DNA from: Phoronis australis
Lineage: Eukaryota > Animalia > Phoronida
Direction of reading: 5' to 3'
NCBI GenBank assembly: GCA_002633005.1
Contig: NMRA01000365.1
Coordinates: 137,771 to 194,410 of the forward strand
DNA: 56,640 bases
Each line of letters opens with the position of its first letter. The first letter of the stretch is position 1. The position numbers were made by a program, and so were the translations under genes. Positions 36,509 through 50,074 of this stretch are shown piece by piece. Under the pieces are notes generated by a model. That model saw only the letters and a program-made list of their open reading frames with translations. It searched no databases and was not told where the DNA came from.

Positions 36509-37479
36509 ATGCTCCTAACACATACTAGACAGATCACAGAATCATTGATCATGTCTCCACATAATGATTGGTAACATGAATGAGAAGAAAATCTATTTAC
36601 CATTGTGTCCAGCTATTATTATCTCTGATTACCTCCTACAGAACTATGTCACAGTAGTCTGTACCCTCTGTACATTGTACTGGTATTGGTTGTTCCCACA
36701 TTGTATGCAGAATATGTGTCAATAATTGAGTGCAATAAATCCTTGGTAGACCATTGACCATATATGGGTACTGTATGTATGGTACATGCTCTTCGGGTTG
36801 GTAAGTTGGATTTTGAAGAATTTCCATATTTCGTGTGTACCGGTACACATTTTTGAAATCAAAACAATGATTCAGTATTGTCTGGGTAGCTGATTTCCCA
36901 TGAAAGAACGGAATTTTTCTGTTAGCTTACGTACCATAGTTTTCAGTTGAGGTAACATGTATTAACCTGCAATTCTAAACCAGTGTGAAAGGAATGTGCT
37001 TATCTCAATCTGTGCACAGTATGTCAATAATGGTTCTTCCAATACACAATCTTACAAATCTCTTAAATGTGTGTACATTCAACTATTTTAATATTGGGTC
37101 CAAACCAATTGAAGAGATCAAGAGTTGGATGACCTTAACAGTACTTACATGATGTTTAGGGAGAAGATAGTGTCAGCTTCTAGCTAGACAAGAGGATTTA
37201 CTGAACATGTGTGTATATGTCTGTCACTTGTTTTGAGTTTTGAGTGTATGGTACTGGTGTATGTACAGTAATTGGATCAAGTAGTTTGTGATATCATCTG
37301 ACTTGACCTACTCAATCCCTATTGCCAAATTAGGAGAACCACAGATTTACCAAAACACAACCTTCAGTTTTTATTGTGGACAATCGTATTACTGTAAAAT
37401 CCCTCCTATTTCGGACAATGATAATCAACAAAATTGCACTTTTTCATATTTCAAGGGTTTCTAACATTGTTGTGAAAGT

Positions 37480-37650
37480 TATTCAAAATAATGTCCGATG
37501 TTAGCTATATTCAAAATAATGTCCGATGTTAGCTATATTCAAAATAATGTCCGATGTTAGCTATATTCAAAATAATGTCCGATGTTAGCTATATTCAAAA
37601 TAATGTCCGATGTTAGCTATATTCAAAATAATGTCCGATGTTAGCTATAT
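37480..37650. repeat. Perfect 28-bp minisatellite (6 copies)
   Basis: TATTCAAAATAATGTCCGATGTTAGCTA. Confidence 0.95.
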
Positions 37651-38179
37651 CCTTCACAACTTGAACATGTAAAGCATTAAAAGTTGGTCATTAATATCTT
37701 TCATGGTCCATATGAGAATATAAAGTTTCACCTTTCAGTTATATTATGCCCTAAATTGATGTCATTAGATGTGTGATCACAACAATTTAGAATATGTGAA
37801 ACTTCATAAAACTTGACAAGTACTTGTTTTATGATTTACAGGATGTTAGTTGTCAAAAGCAATGTTGTCCCTAACGTGATAGTACACCTGAGTTTGATAT
37901 GTTTTGCATGCTTCATGTTTGGACGTCTTCAGCCTCGTTTGAAAAGCTCAGAGTGAACCATGTTCAAAATCTTGAGCTTTGTTTGAAAAGTCTTGATTTT
38001 TTCTGCTGATTGAAATAATATTCCATACTGGGACTTCTGTTTCCTGTAAAATTATAGTGACATACTCAACACGTGAAATATGGCAATTTTTCATTTATTT
38101 AGCTCACAATGTGACCAAAAGTAAAAATTTATTTTGCTTAGTTTCTCCACAAAAGTAAAAATTAAGGAAATTTTAGCCA

Positions 38180-38449
38180 TTACCAGCATGACTCACGATG
38201 TGTGGATGTGCCATTATTAGCATGGTTTACAATGTATGGATGTGCCTTTACTAGCAGGGTTTACAGTGCGTGGATGTGCCTTTACTAGCAGGGTTTACAA
38301 TGTGTGGTGGATGTGCCTTTACTAGCAGGGTTTACAGTTTGTGGATGTGCCTTCACTAGCATGGTTTACAATGTGTGGATGTGCCTTTACTAGCAGGGTT
38401 TACAGTGTGTGGATGTGCCTTCACTAGCAGGGTTTACAGAGTGTGGATA
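38180..38449. repeat. 34-bp minisatellite (about 8 copies)
   Basis: GTGGATGTGCCTTTACTAGCAGGGTTTACAGTGT. Confidence 0.92.
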
Positions 38450-39547
38450 TCAGAAAACATTTGATGCTTAATTACTGGATGCAAGGTAACTATTGTTTGA
38501 AAAATAGTGAAATGACAATTCTGGGAATAGTTTTTGTGCAAAATAGTGGAAATCCATAATCCCTATCTATACTGATTTGTTTTTGAAAACTAACGGAAAG
38601 GAAGATTAGGATGTGAAAGCGTAACACGGAATTAGCTCCCCTTTTTGTTGAGGGAGATATAATAAAGACTTTAAAGAAGTATTTGCATGCTCCTAACCAT
38701 TCAAATGTATAGCAGGAAGTAAAAGACAATGCTATTTTAACATGATGTACACTAAACAAAGTGCAGTTGTATTCACTGACAACTTGTAAATGTGAAAACA
38801 AAAAAATCTGTAAATAGGTGACCTTTGCACTAATGACGTACCTCGCGAGCTCGCATAGCTTGCATTGTGCAGTTTTATTCCGGAACACCATGTCACAATA
38901 CTTACTGGACACGGTACAGTGATTTGCGTTTTCTCAAAAAACATTTGACAGTTTCCTACTTCATATTCACATTCTGCTGAATGCTGTGATTGTAACTAAT
39001 TTGTCAAGCAATCACAGCTAAGAGATCAAGGAATTAGCCTGCAAGTTCCACTTTAAAACCTTTAGCTACATGTGAATTATCAATCATAATGCATGTTGGG
39101 TGCATGCCACCAATTAAAGACTTGTTCTGCTGCAAGGTCTATGTCTAGTCTGCTGATGCTCTGCTGTTGGGATGGCAAACTCGGAAAGAAGGGGCAGAGC
39201 ATTCCAACCTCTAATCTGCTTAAAAAGAGGTTATGCATATTATCCATAAAGATTCTGGGCAATTCCAGTCAGGTCCACATATACAAGTTAAGGAATGTAT
39301 ATAATGGAGATAAATGGTTTTCCCTCTACTGATTGCTCTAGTGTTTGCTGCTGAGGACATGTTGTGCAACTGGAGATGAGGCTGTGCTCTGGAATGTATT
39401 GATTGCAGACTATCCTACTTTTGTCCGTGTGTTTTATTGATGTCACACATTAATTATGATCAATAATTGTTGATTCGTGATCCCTCTAAAGAGGTTAGTT
39501 ATGATTGCAGCTCATCGGCTTCCTGGATCAGCTGACTTCTCCATTTT

Positions 39548-39742
39548 GTCCGTAAACCGTGTTTGGCGGTCCGTTAACCGTGTTTCCTCGGGAATATGAG
39601 TCTGTGTCCCGTGTATTTGGGTGTGTGGATCGTGTTTTGTGAGTCCGTTCTCGTGTTTGTGAGTCAGTGGACGATGTTTGCAGGTCCGTGAGTCGTGTTC
39701 ATGCGTCTGCGGGCCGTGTTTATGAGTCCGTTAACCGTGTAG
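39548..39742. repeat. Degenerate GT-rich repeat of about 21 bp
   Basis: Variants of GTCCGTTAACCGTGTTT. Confidence 0.65.
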
Positions 39743-40769
39743 TTTAGGTACCTTGTTATAGCTGTGACAAGGTTGGATGAGCTGATTACTAGTACATTTA
39801 TCTTGTGCTATAACAGATCTATCATACATTTCTGGCTCGAAGCTATATTTCGAAGAAATTGTTATGTTTATATAGCTTTTAATGAAGTTTCCATAGATAT
39901 CTGTAGGGCACTGTCTGAGAGATGTTTTACTGGGTATTGCTGGTGAGGAAAACAGTCTTCTTTTTGTTACTAGTTAGATTGATTACAGAAAACTGTTCAT
40001 CAGCCTGGGGTATTTATTGGATAAGTGTTGCACATTGTTACCTTAATCCTTGCATTACACAAGGTAGGGATGATGTTCTCAGCACCACCTTGGGGATTTC
40101 AAGCTCAGTGTTGAATTTACAATCAGTGTGGGGTTTGTGCAATACTTCAGTCATCAATTTTTTGTTTATAGTACAGCTGCAGAGCAGCTAGAACCGTGTG
40201 GTGCTCATATATCCAGTAGAGTTGTCTTGGGGCATTTGAACCGTTTAAGTTTGCCGTGAAAGAGTCCTTGTTGATAAAATGATATTGTGCTCATGAAGAA
40301 GCTGTGTGGGCTCTTAAGTAAAAAATGTTACGGTCTTTTGGACACTTCCATTGGCATTGACAGCACCCTAATAAGCCATGAAATTGAAATACCAGCTAGG
40401 GTACATCTTGTCGAGCTAGGGTACATCTTGTTGACATTTTGGCTGGTAAGTGGTGAATGTTGAAAAGTGACAGTCCTTTTGTTGACCAAAATTGAATTAC
40501 AAATTACCTCTTTCCTACTTTTGCTACATGCAGTGGAAGCCCAGTATACAAAATGATCCCAAAAGAGTCTAAGGTAATAGAGGTCTTTTCCATGTCAAAA
40601 TTTATGACAACTATGGGAACTCGCTAGTGGTTGGAGGTTTCTTTAGAAATTATGACAGATTTCGTGGCAGGTACACCACCAGTAGGCCATATTGCCACTA
40701 TGTTTTACTTCTGGATTTATCAAATTTAAAAAATTAACCACTAAATCTTATCGCACTTGTTTGTTCCAG

Positions 40770-40830
40770 ATGATGTGACTTACATTATTACATAGAGTGA
40801 ACTCTCACCTGGTTGTGAACAGCTGTCAAG
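40770..40830 (+). other. Candidate 61-nt 5' UTR exon of coronin
   Basis: CTTGTTTGTTCCAG| acceptor and AAG|GTAGGT donor. Confidence 0.3.
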
Positions 40831-41546
40831 GTAGGTACAAACTTAAATGTCTATTAACTTATTTAAGTTAGCAGATTGCAAACACAAAAAATCAAAAATC
40901 AAGATAATGGTTAAGATAGGTGCCATAGTGTAGTTTAAAACTTTAGAATCTTGTGTCGCCAAGCTCTGGATTGATGAAATTTCTTCTGACATCTCGAATT
41001 CAGCTCTCCACATTCGCTGAGGTAAAATTGAAGGACCACTGTTTCACTGTGGAGGTGGAAAAGTTAAAAACAAAAAAAAAATCAAAAAGTATGCCTCATC
41101 TGGCTTGTCAGTTTTTAGTTGTTAGTTTTGCAAATCTCTGTGCAATGAGAATTTGAGTTTGCAATTAGAATGATGAGAGTAGAAATCAGTTTGCTCTAAG
41201 ATATTGATAAGCACGTCTCTAAGACCAGCGCTCTACTGGGACAGGGCACTAGGTAAATATTGCAGAATCAGAGAGGGTGCTGTGATACATCGGGTTAAGC
41301 GCATTAGTCCCATACTATGGTAAAATGTGCTGTTGGACCAAAACAATTGACAATAATGCCCTTTTTCATTTTTCAGTTGCGCCTAACATTGTTGGGAATG
41401 GGCCCATTTTGTCAAAATAGGACATAAAATCATTAATTTGGTGTGACCTGTCTTTCATGGAAAAATGATCATAACAATAAAATGATCATAACAATAGAAT
41501 GGTTATAACAGTAGAGTGGTCATAACAGTAGAATGGTCATAACAGT

Positions 41547-41787
41547 TGATAACTATATCGGAATGTGTTTATATCCTGTAGTTACATAATATTCTATCCT
41601 GTTGTTGTTTATGGTTTACTGGTTCCTGTTTTGTAGTTGTCAGTACTGTATGAGTCACATATTCCTAGAACCTATTGACTTCCTGTATATTTCTGTATAT
41701 ATTCTATTATTTGTTGATATCAATACACTTTTAGTTTGACAGCCAACTGTGCAACTTCAACTTGTCTTTATCTCCAATGACTTTTCA
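41547..41787 (+). mobile_element. Probable solo LTR inserted in the minisatellite
   Basis: TG...CA ends (TGATAA/TTTTCA), 241 bp; flanks CAGT/GAGT consistent with a 4-bp TSD. Confidence 0.5.
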
Positions 41788-42845
41788 GAGTAGAATAGTC
41801 ATAACAGTAGAATGGTCATAACAATAGAATGGTCATATCAATAGAATAGTCATAACAGTAGAATGGTCATAAGAATAGAATGGTCATAACAATAGAATGG
41901 TCATAACAGTAGAATGGTCATAACAGTAGAACGGCCATAACAGTAGAATGGTCATAACAGTAGAATGGTCATAACAGTAGAACGGCCATAACAGTAGAAT
42001 GGTCATAACAGTAGAATGGTCATAACAGTAGAACGGCCATAACAGTAGAATGGTTATATCAGTAAAATGGTCATAACATTAGAATGGTTATAACAGTAGA
42101 GCTTTGTACCGCTGACAGGCTCAAGGCCGAAACCAATGAGAACTAGGATTCCTCTTTAAATCATATAAATGATAGTATGTTTATTAGATCTGTAAACAAA
42201 AAATTACAAAACATTAGAAACTAATTAATCTAAATAACAATTACTTGTCACACGCTATTTATAATTCCGATACAAATGTTAGTTACCGTAATGAAATTCC
42301 TAGCTTATTATTTTGGTAAATCTAAACACATTACTGATCTAATTTCCATGATGGCTGAATCATATTCAAACATACTTGTATTAAACTATTAAAACTTTCG
42401 TTATTTCTTATTCACGCTATTTTTCATAATATTCAAACATATTTCTGAGTTTTCTATTTGACAATAATTCTAAATAAACCTTATTTTACTTAAAAATTGC
42501 AATACGAATAATTATAGTAAATAACTACTAAGTATACTTCTGTGGAGGAATCAAAGTCCTACTACATCGGTTTTAACTTCATAAACTGCTTCACTACGTC
42601 TTAACCCGTTAACATCTCCGTTCTGAACTGCTGTAAAATGCCTTCTCATTCAGAATTAATCTGATTCTAACCCTATGACTAATCTAGTCACTTTTCATGA
42701 ATTTACTTGCCCTTACCAAATTTGTCACCGAATTCTCTTGTCAATGAATAGCTGTACTACGAACATGGCCATATTTAAAGGTTATTTCTTGGAATATATC
42801 CAATTATACATAGAACTCACTACAACTGTTGCAGGGAACTATAGG

Positions 42846-43024
42846 CAGGGCTTGGAATTTTCCGCGGAAACGCGGATTTCCGCTTTTTTGAAATTTGCTT
42901 TCCGCTTTTTTTATAATATTTCCGCGTAAAAAAATCGGATTTGATATGAAATTTCCGCGGCAAATTCCTTTCTTACCACGGCGTTGCAGACGACGTTTTT
43001 TGTCATTGGTCATTCCAAGCCCTG
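42846..43024. mobile_element. 179-bp hAT-like MITE
   Basis: 13-bp TIR CAGGGCTTGGAAT/ATTCCAAGCCCTG; internal TTTCCGC repeats; no clear TSD. Confidence 0.75.
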
Positions 43025-46001
43025 TATATGAGTAACACTATTACATAATAAGCCATGTTTCCTAGAGTCATCAACCCACACACTGCACCCATCCCATGGC
43101 TGTAGTCACATGTCTGATTCTAACGTAAACATAAACGTAAACACAACAAATGGTCATAACAGTAGAGTGGTCATAACTATAGAGTGGTCATAACTATAGA
43201 GTGGTCATAACTATAGAGTGGTCATAATAGTAGAATGGTCACTACAGTAGAGTGGTCATAACAGTAGAGTGGTCACATCAGTAGAATGGTCATAACAGTA
43301 GAGTGGTCATATCAGTAGAGTGGTCACATCAGTAGAATCAGTCACAACAGTAGAATGGTCACAACAGTAGAATGGTCACAACAATAGAATGGTCACATCA
43401 GTAGAATGGTCACATCAGTAGAATGGTCATAACTGTAGAATGGTCACAACAGTAGAATGGTCACAACAGTAGAATGGTCATAACTGTAGAATGGTCACAA
43501 CAGTAGAATGGTCACAACAGTAGAATGGTCACAACAGTAGAGTGGTCACAACAGTAGAATGGTCATAACTATAGAGTGGTCATAACAGTAAAATTTCACT
43601 GGTTGGCCATGTTGTGCCCTAAATTGGCGAGATTTTACCATACATAATGCTCTATACATCATTACTGTCTTATATTTTTGATATTAATTTTTTTGTTTCA
43701 CCATTATTTTATGACATGTTTGATTATTAGGTTTTCTTCCCCAGAGCACAAATGTACTCTTTTTCACCAAAAGTTGAATGATTAATCTCTTGGTTTCTGT
43801 CGAGTGGGTGAGTCAACACTCACTGTTTACTGCAATGCATTCTTTAGTGGAGAGTGGGCTGCTTGTATGTCTAGTTTGCTGATCCATGCAAGTGTTTTTT
43901 GCACTACATAATTTGATCAACATATTTGAAAATTTGAAGCTGTCTCCTTGGTGAGTATTAAATTCTCTTCAAAGAACATCAATCTACAGATTGTGGTGCT
44001 CCTATTTGTCAAATATCTAGGCTGATTTACTAATTTGCTGTTGTCAACACACTCCAATGAATGGTATTCTCTTGAACATTGTGAGAATGTCTTGACTTTA
44101 ACTGTGAGCTCGAAAAACCATAACATCAAATATAATCTGAAGATGGTTGGTTCAATTCCTGGCACAAAGTGATAGTATGAGTTTACACTTGTCAGCACTC
44201 ATAATTCACCTGCTGATATTCTGAAAAAGGCCGGGCCGTCGAAACGTACAAATTTGGTGTAGAAGTTGGTGCACATAGATGAAACAGTCAGCTGTACAGT
44301 TTGGAAAATTTTGAGTTTAAATTTAATTTCTTCCGAACCAAAGAATTGATGGAATATATAAACATTTGTAATGTTAAGTTTATAACTTTTAGTTAATGCA
44401 CCTGTTGGACAACTTTAAAAATGGCACATACTTGTACACCAACTGCATAGCCATAATAATGTGTCTGGTAGTGGATGGTATTACTGGCAAATTGTGTCAG
44501 TGTATTCTGCATTGATACACACAGTTTGATTATGAATTTTTTATATCTGGATATGCACGATTTACTTGAATTGATGCTGTTAGTGGCATCTTTCTTGTAC
44601 TTTGTGTGTAAGCTAACATGATGTTCATAGGTAACTGAAGCAAGTACACTGGCTATCAGAAAAGTCAGGATCAAAAAGCTTGAAAACTATCATAATACAA
44701 CTTCTTTAGAATTATGTCAAAATCATATCTTCTCAAGTTCCATCTTCATTTCTGATTTCCAATTTCGTGAAGCTCAAATGTTACATTTTTTCTGGGTTCA
44801 TCATTCTATATATATAATTCCCAGGTTCTTGTCATTCACTTCCTGTTCCCAATCTACTGCATAGAGATTTGTGGTACTGCAGTACAACAAATGGAAAGCC
44901 AGTGTTGTAGTCTTGATCTTGTTCCTATAGGATCATATAACCATGCTGCACCAAAGTTTGTAGTGGTGTAAAATGCACAGTATTTCTTATGTTCATTGCC
45001 TGCAATAATGTTTTATGGTATGTGCTGGTACTGGCACATCAAGATTAGTTGCTAATTGATAAGGAATTGCGTAACTGAAAAAAGTGCCACCAGGTGTCAG
45101 TTCATGAGATGTAGTATTAGTAGCATTACTCTGTCTGAACATTTAGTTTACTTTCTCTTTCGGCAATATTGTCCGACAGCAAATTCCATCTTTAAAGAGT
45201 AAGGTACTACAGGCGGTGATCTATATTGTATAGAAGACTTATTGTTTTTTTGAATATGGCTTACGCACCCTTGTTCAAGGAGGGGGTGGTGTCTTAGGTT
45301 CAGTTGACCTTTCGTCGTCACTTATGCATTACCATTCATTTGGGTTAACATAAATGTCAAACACCAAGTGGCCTTTAGTTAAGGTTTTTAGAAATTAATA
45401 TTTAAATTAAAAAATGATAATTTTCATAGAGAATAGCGTCTCGTGATTATTAACAATTGAACAGTGTGGATTTTTTGTTATTGAAGATTCTGGAACTAAT
45501 AATTTATGAGTTGAAAATAAAAAGTGCCCAGTTAATTTACATTTGAAAATCCAAAATTCTTTTTTGTTATTAAGCTAAATATTCAACAAAGCGTGGCTGT
45601 ATTGTTGAAAATTGAGGCGTGGCGTTTCGCTGAACATGGACGTTATCTTGAACAAGCTTGGTCATTCTCCTTACACTTTGCACAAAAATAGTTGGTTGCC
45701 AAAATGGTAATATTTCCACTTTTCAATGGCTGGTTATCCAAGTAATAGGGTGTCTACAAGTGTTTTATTACATCTACATATTCACTGCTGCATAGACTTT
45801 GGCTTGTTGGCTATATTATGAGCTGAATAAGTGAAGATTTACCTTGTGCAGTAGTTGAAATTAAATTAGTGATGCTCTATCTATCATTCATCATACTGAA
45901 ACATTCACCAATCATGTATTTCATTACAGATTATTTCTGAAACTGTATCATGCTCTCCTTATATGTCTTATTACAAACTTCATGATTTCATTCGATTTCA
46001 G

Positions 46002-46028
46002 CAAACTGCTAACATGGCAGCCAACGAG
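46002..46028 (+). CDS. Candidate 27-nt coronin microexon (QTAN-MAANE; ATG at 46014)
   Basis: TTCATTCGATTTCAG| acceptor, AACATGG start context, GAG|GTAATT donor; symmetric phase 0 and open. Confidence 0.55.
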
Positions 46029-48142
46029 GTAATTGTTGCGCATTGACAGTGTGAATTGTAACTACCCACTTATAACCTAGATTCCTTCATGTATACTGGT
46101 AATGACATCACATGTAATGCTGTGTAGATTTGCTGTCCTCTCAGCACTGTTATGTCTAGAAGGGAGCATGAGTTCGGAGGTCCCACTTATGATTTTTGAG
46201 AAGGAATTTCTGTCTGAGCCAGTTATATTGTGACTGAATGCTTGCCATTTGTAGTTACACTACTCACTGGAATCTAGGTTATGGTAGTTGAATTGTTAGT
46301 GGACTGAGCAATGGTGTTGAATTTATTAACAGTGTTGAGTTTTGGTTTAAACTGTGTGAGACATTTGCACTAACAAAACAAATCAGTATAGTGCTCTACA
46401 TGGATCAGTAGATACTTTTATAAAGAAAGGAAACCATGTGACAAGCTCTTCTTGTTGAGCTCTTTAAGTCCATGCACTGTTTGTGTTGCATCAAGTTGCT
46501 AATGGTATCAGTTGAACAAAAACTTGGTCAACATTTTTTACTAATTTAGCTACCTGGTAGATTGGTCTTTTTTATCATTTTTGTGAAAATTCTTCATTAT
46601 CTTGAATCTCTTTATCTATGGTGTTATGTGCCAGCATATTCATTATATGTGGGTGCATATTGCCATAATCTCTGTCTGGGTGTTGAAATTTCCCACTCAT
46701 TTTTGCCAGGAATCAGTCTAAATCTATGAACTCCAGTTGGACCACTGAATTATTGTGTAACATATTATGTTAACTGACCATTTTTGAATGGTCTAAATTT
46801 TGTCTGCAGATATAATTTCTAAAAGTACCGTAACCCCGCGTGTAGCTTTAAGTTAACTGTATTCATGAGAAGTGCAACTTAGGAGTTATTGATCAATGTT
46901 GATCAGTTATGTTTTTGAACATAGTTACCATGCTAACACTAAACTCGTGACTCTGCACTACTAGTGTAAAAGAGAAAGGCCCTCTGTTTTGTTGTTTGTC
47001 CTCTTTTGCATCCTTTTTCTCTGACCTATGGAATTGTCCTTGAGCCTCATTTTGAGTGTATTATTGGTATGTTTGTGTGCTTGTATGTTTGTCTGTTTGC
47101 ATGCTCACTGATTGTTGAGTTGATTAGTACCCCAGCTGTTAGACACAGCATGAGTCATGTTGAACGGCACTAGCAGATGGTTGATCATGTAGGAGGGGAT
47201 AACTCTCAGTTTTAAAAGGTGTAGTTGTGAGTGACCATCTGCAGAGTCTGGTGGCCATAGTTTGGGTAAACAAGACCATAAATGGTCTGATCAAGATTGA
47301 ATAGCTGATGACATTCTGTTTTTCACAAGAAAATCCCAGATGTGGGTTCTGGAGGGCAACATGTTTGTTGGACCCCACCGTTTGGCCACTTTTACATACG
47401 TGTAATGGAGGAATCTGTGAAGCAACTTTTATGTTTGTTTTCCCCATGCCAGAACCACTGTACAAAATTGTCCATTGGCAGCTAAATCCCTCTTTACTCT
47501 AAAATCATATTTAGTCGAATGTTAATCTGACACTGAAAACAGAAGAGTATTTATTTTGCGCTTTTGTTGCACTTTGTGTTTAGCTTGTTTTTTTAAAAAA
47601 TGTAAATTGTATTTATATAATAATAGAGTATCGCTCTTTGTTTGTCTGATGAAAGTGCTGTTAAAAAAATGGTATTTTGTGACCCACAATCTTGAACTTC
47701 AGGTTATCAAAGAATCAAGCAGATCCATGCAATACTGTGTTTTGACATTGGAAAAACTGCGTGTACTCTATATTCTTCTATCACAACAAGACAACATTTA
47801 AGTGAACAGGTGGGGTCTGGATCCTGTGTACCTCTTCTGGATACATGCCTGCAGCTTTAAAACTGATGTCTCCAATCTAAAACACTTTTTATATTTATTG
47901 TTAATATATTGAGTTAGATTCACAAGGTGTTTCAAATAGACAGACCATGTATATAGACATTGCAATTTCAAATCGGGCAGATACGTGCTTGTATAACGCC
48001 CTGTAGACTGTGCTGCAGATTCAAGGTGGTGCTCTCGGTAGATTTTTGTTAATTCACGTAATAACATTTGACCTTAAGTCAAATCCGACGCCAAATAGAA
48101 AATGTTTCAAATAGCATGTTTACATACTCTCTATCTTTTCAG

Positions 48143-48340
48143 ATGTCTTTTCGTGGTGTACGGCACACCAAGTTTCGTCATGTGTTCGGCAAGCAGGTGC
48201 GTAAGGAGCACTGCTATGAAAATGTACACATCACACGTAATGCACATGACGGATGCTTCTGTGCTGTCAATCCAAAGTTTCTTGCCATAGTTACAGAGTC
48301 GGCCAGTGGGGGCGCTTTCGTTGTCATCCCTTTGGAGAGG
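48143..48340 (+). CDS. CORO2: Coronin (type II, CORO2A/2B-like) N-terminal exon
   Basis: CTTTTCAG|ATG; MSFRGVRHTKFRHVFGK...HITRNAHDGCFCAVNPKFLAIVTESASGGAFVVIPLER carries the coronin signature and resembles CORO2B (ITKNVHDNHFCAVNTRFLAIVTESAGGGSFLVIPLEQ); AGG|GTGAGT; 198 nt. Confidence 0.95.
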
Positions 48341-48391
48341 GTGAGTGATTGTGGTAGACTTGTAGCCTGTTTCATGAAAAATGACACAAAG

Positions 48392-48601
48392 TCAGAAATT
48401 TGGTCTTACACTCCACACAACTATTTGTGAAAAATGATTAAATCTCACATTAACATAGGTGCAGTCTTCTAGACTCAACTGCTAGTTACTAAGAAAGCTT
48501 ATATACCGTATACTATTTCCAGATTGTGATGCATTCATAATTACTTGGCTAAAACTTTTATTCAGCAACTATGAAAAGCGAGTGTAAGACCAAATTTTCT
48601 G
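48392..48601. mobile_element. MITE about 50 bp downstream of the coronin exon donor
   Basis: CAGAAATTTGGTCTTACACTC ... GAGTGTAAGACCAAATTTTCTG inverted repeat. Confidence 0.65.
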
Positions 48602-48607
48602 TCTTAA

Positions 48608-50005
48608 GGTTATTTCAAACCTTATTTAGTGGCCTCTGTTCTAACTGGTATATCAAAAAAACTAAGCTTTGTCAACTAGTAAAAGTATATATTTTCTGAA
48701 AGAACAAAGATCAGGAAATATAAATATAATTTTTGTATTTATTTGTCATTATTATTTTTATGTAAAAACCTTTTTTAAGTAAAAATTCCATTTTTAAGAA
48801 AGGTACATTCATAGCAAAATAACCCCTCGGTCGATTTTAACGAAACCTTTTTTAAATGAAAACTTCATCAATTACCTCAAAAACGCTGTTAGGAATTTTT
48901 GATTAGTTTGTTTGTTTGGTTTCTATGACAAATAAACTCGCAAAACGTAAGGTATTTTTGTAAAAAATTGAAGTCGTATTCGTTTTTGCCACATTACACA
49001 AAAACTAAGCTTTTATATCAAAAATCCTAACAGCGTTTTTGAGATTGGTGACTAAATATTAAGTCTGGAAAGTTTCAGCGAAATCCATCGAGCCATTTTC
49101 GAGAACTCGTGTTCCTAAGTTCAAATAAAGTCGATTTGCCGAAGCCGAGAAAAAGCCGATTAAACTGGGACACGTGAAAATCTCTAAGTCTTTGGTTAAT
49201 TATTCTGTGAAAACTTGTTTTCGGTATACATAACCTATAGAATCCTTAACTATGTCACCAATTTCAATGTTTTCTTGCAATGTTAACTAATTTTGCAGTG
49301 CGTAACTAACTTAAATATCATTAAAACCTCAAATAGACCTATCTTTCACAGCCAACTTCTGCCATTTTGTACGACCTACTTAGAAAGTAGGTCACAGGTC
49401 ATAGCCTGTACACGTCACGTGCTGGGAGACTGATACCAAACCAAGTAAGAAATGGATAACAAAAATTGAATTGGTGGTTAAAGTAAGTCGTTAACATGAA
49501 ATCGAAACATCGAAATGTTAACTTAATAATTGCATTAAGGAATAAGGGGGAGGATTTATCTCTTTTCACAACTTTCTGTGTTCATGACCAGACTGAGGCC
49601 TGAGGCAACTCGTAGCATTCGTTTTCAACGTCCGTATGCATGTAGACGCACAACTCCCTTAGGATCAAAACTATGTTTTGTCTTTGTTTTCCCCGGCACC
49701 ATTCTATCATAACCACACCTCGTTGGTTCAATGTTATGGCGAATTTGTGAATGAAAGGACTGAGGGTATACCGAAGCTGTTCTGTACCTGGCGGGAGACT
49801 CAATTTACTTGAAAGCCCTTTAACCTTTGACCTTGGATAAGTGGTAAACAAATATCCACGCGGTTGTGCGGTTCCAAGGTGGTTCTGCTACGCAGTATAT
49901 ATTTCGTATTTGAAGTTCCCCGAGAATGAAGATAAGGTATTTTGCTAGACACAAGTGAAATATTGTAAAAATGGCCCATTTTTGTGAATAAGATTGGAAA
50001 TATCC
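48608..50005. mobile_element. Kolobok-like non-autonomous DNA transposon
   Basis: TTAA|GGTTATTTCAAACCTTATT ... AATAAGATTGGAAATATCC|TTAA; internal inverted repeat TCAAAAACGCTGTTAGGA. Confidence 0.65.
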
Positions 50006-50074
50006 TTAAGTCTTAGCCACGTTTCAGGAAACAGAGCTTTATTTATTAATTAGGGACACTAGGATTGACGTCTT

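Larger units (their letters stand above)
41463..43592. repeat. 17-bp minisatellite in three blocks (41463-41546, 41788-42100, 43150-43592)
   Basis: Unit AGTAGAATGGTCATAAC, split by two insertions. Confidence 0.92.

Noticed and set aside
37480-37650. Perfect 28-bp repeats as CRISPR direct repeats
   Set aside because: No spacers between units.
42112-42142. Hammerhead-like CTGACAGGCTCAAGGCCGAAAC
   Set aside because: The core lacks the G of CUGAnGA, and no convincing stem III or cleavage triplet follows.
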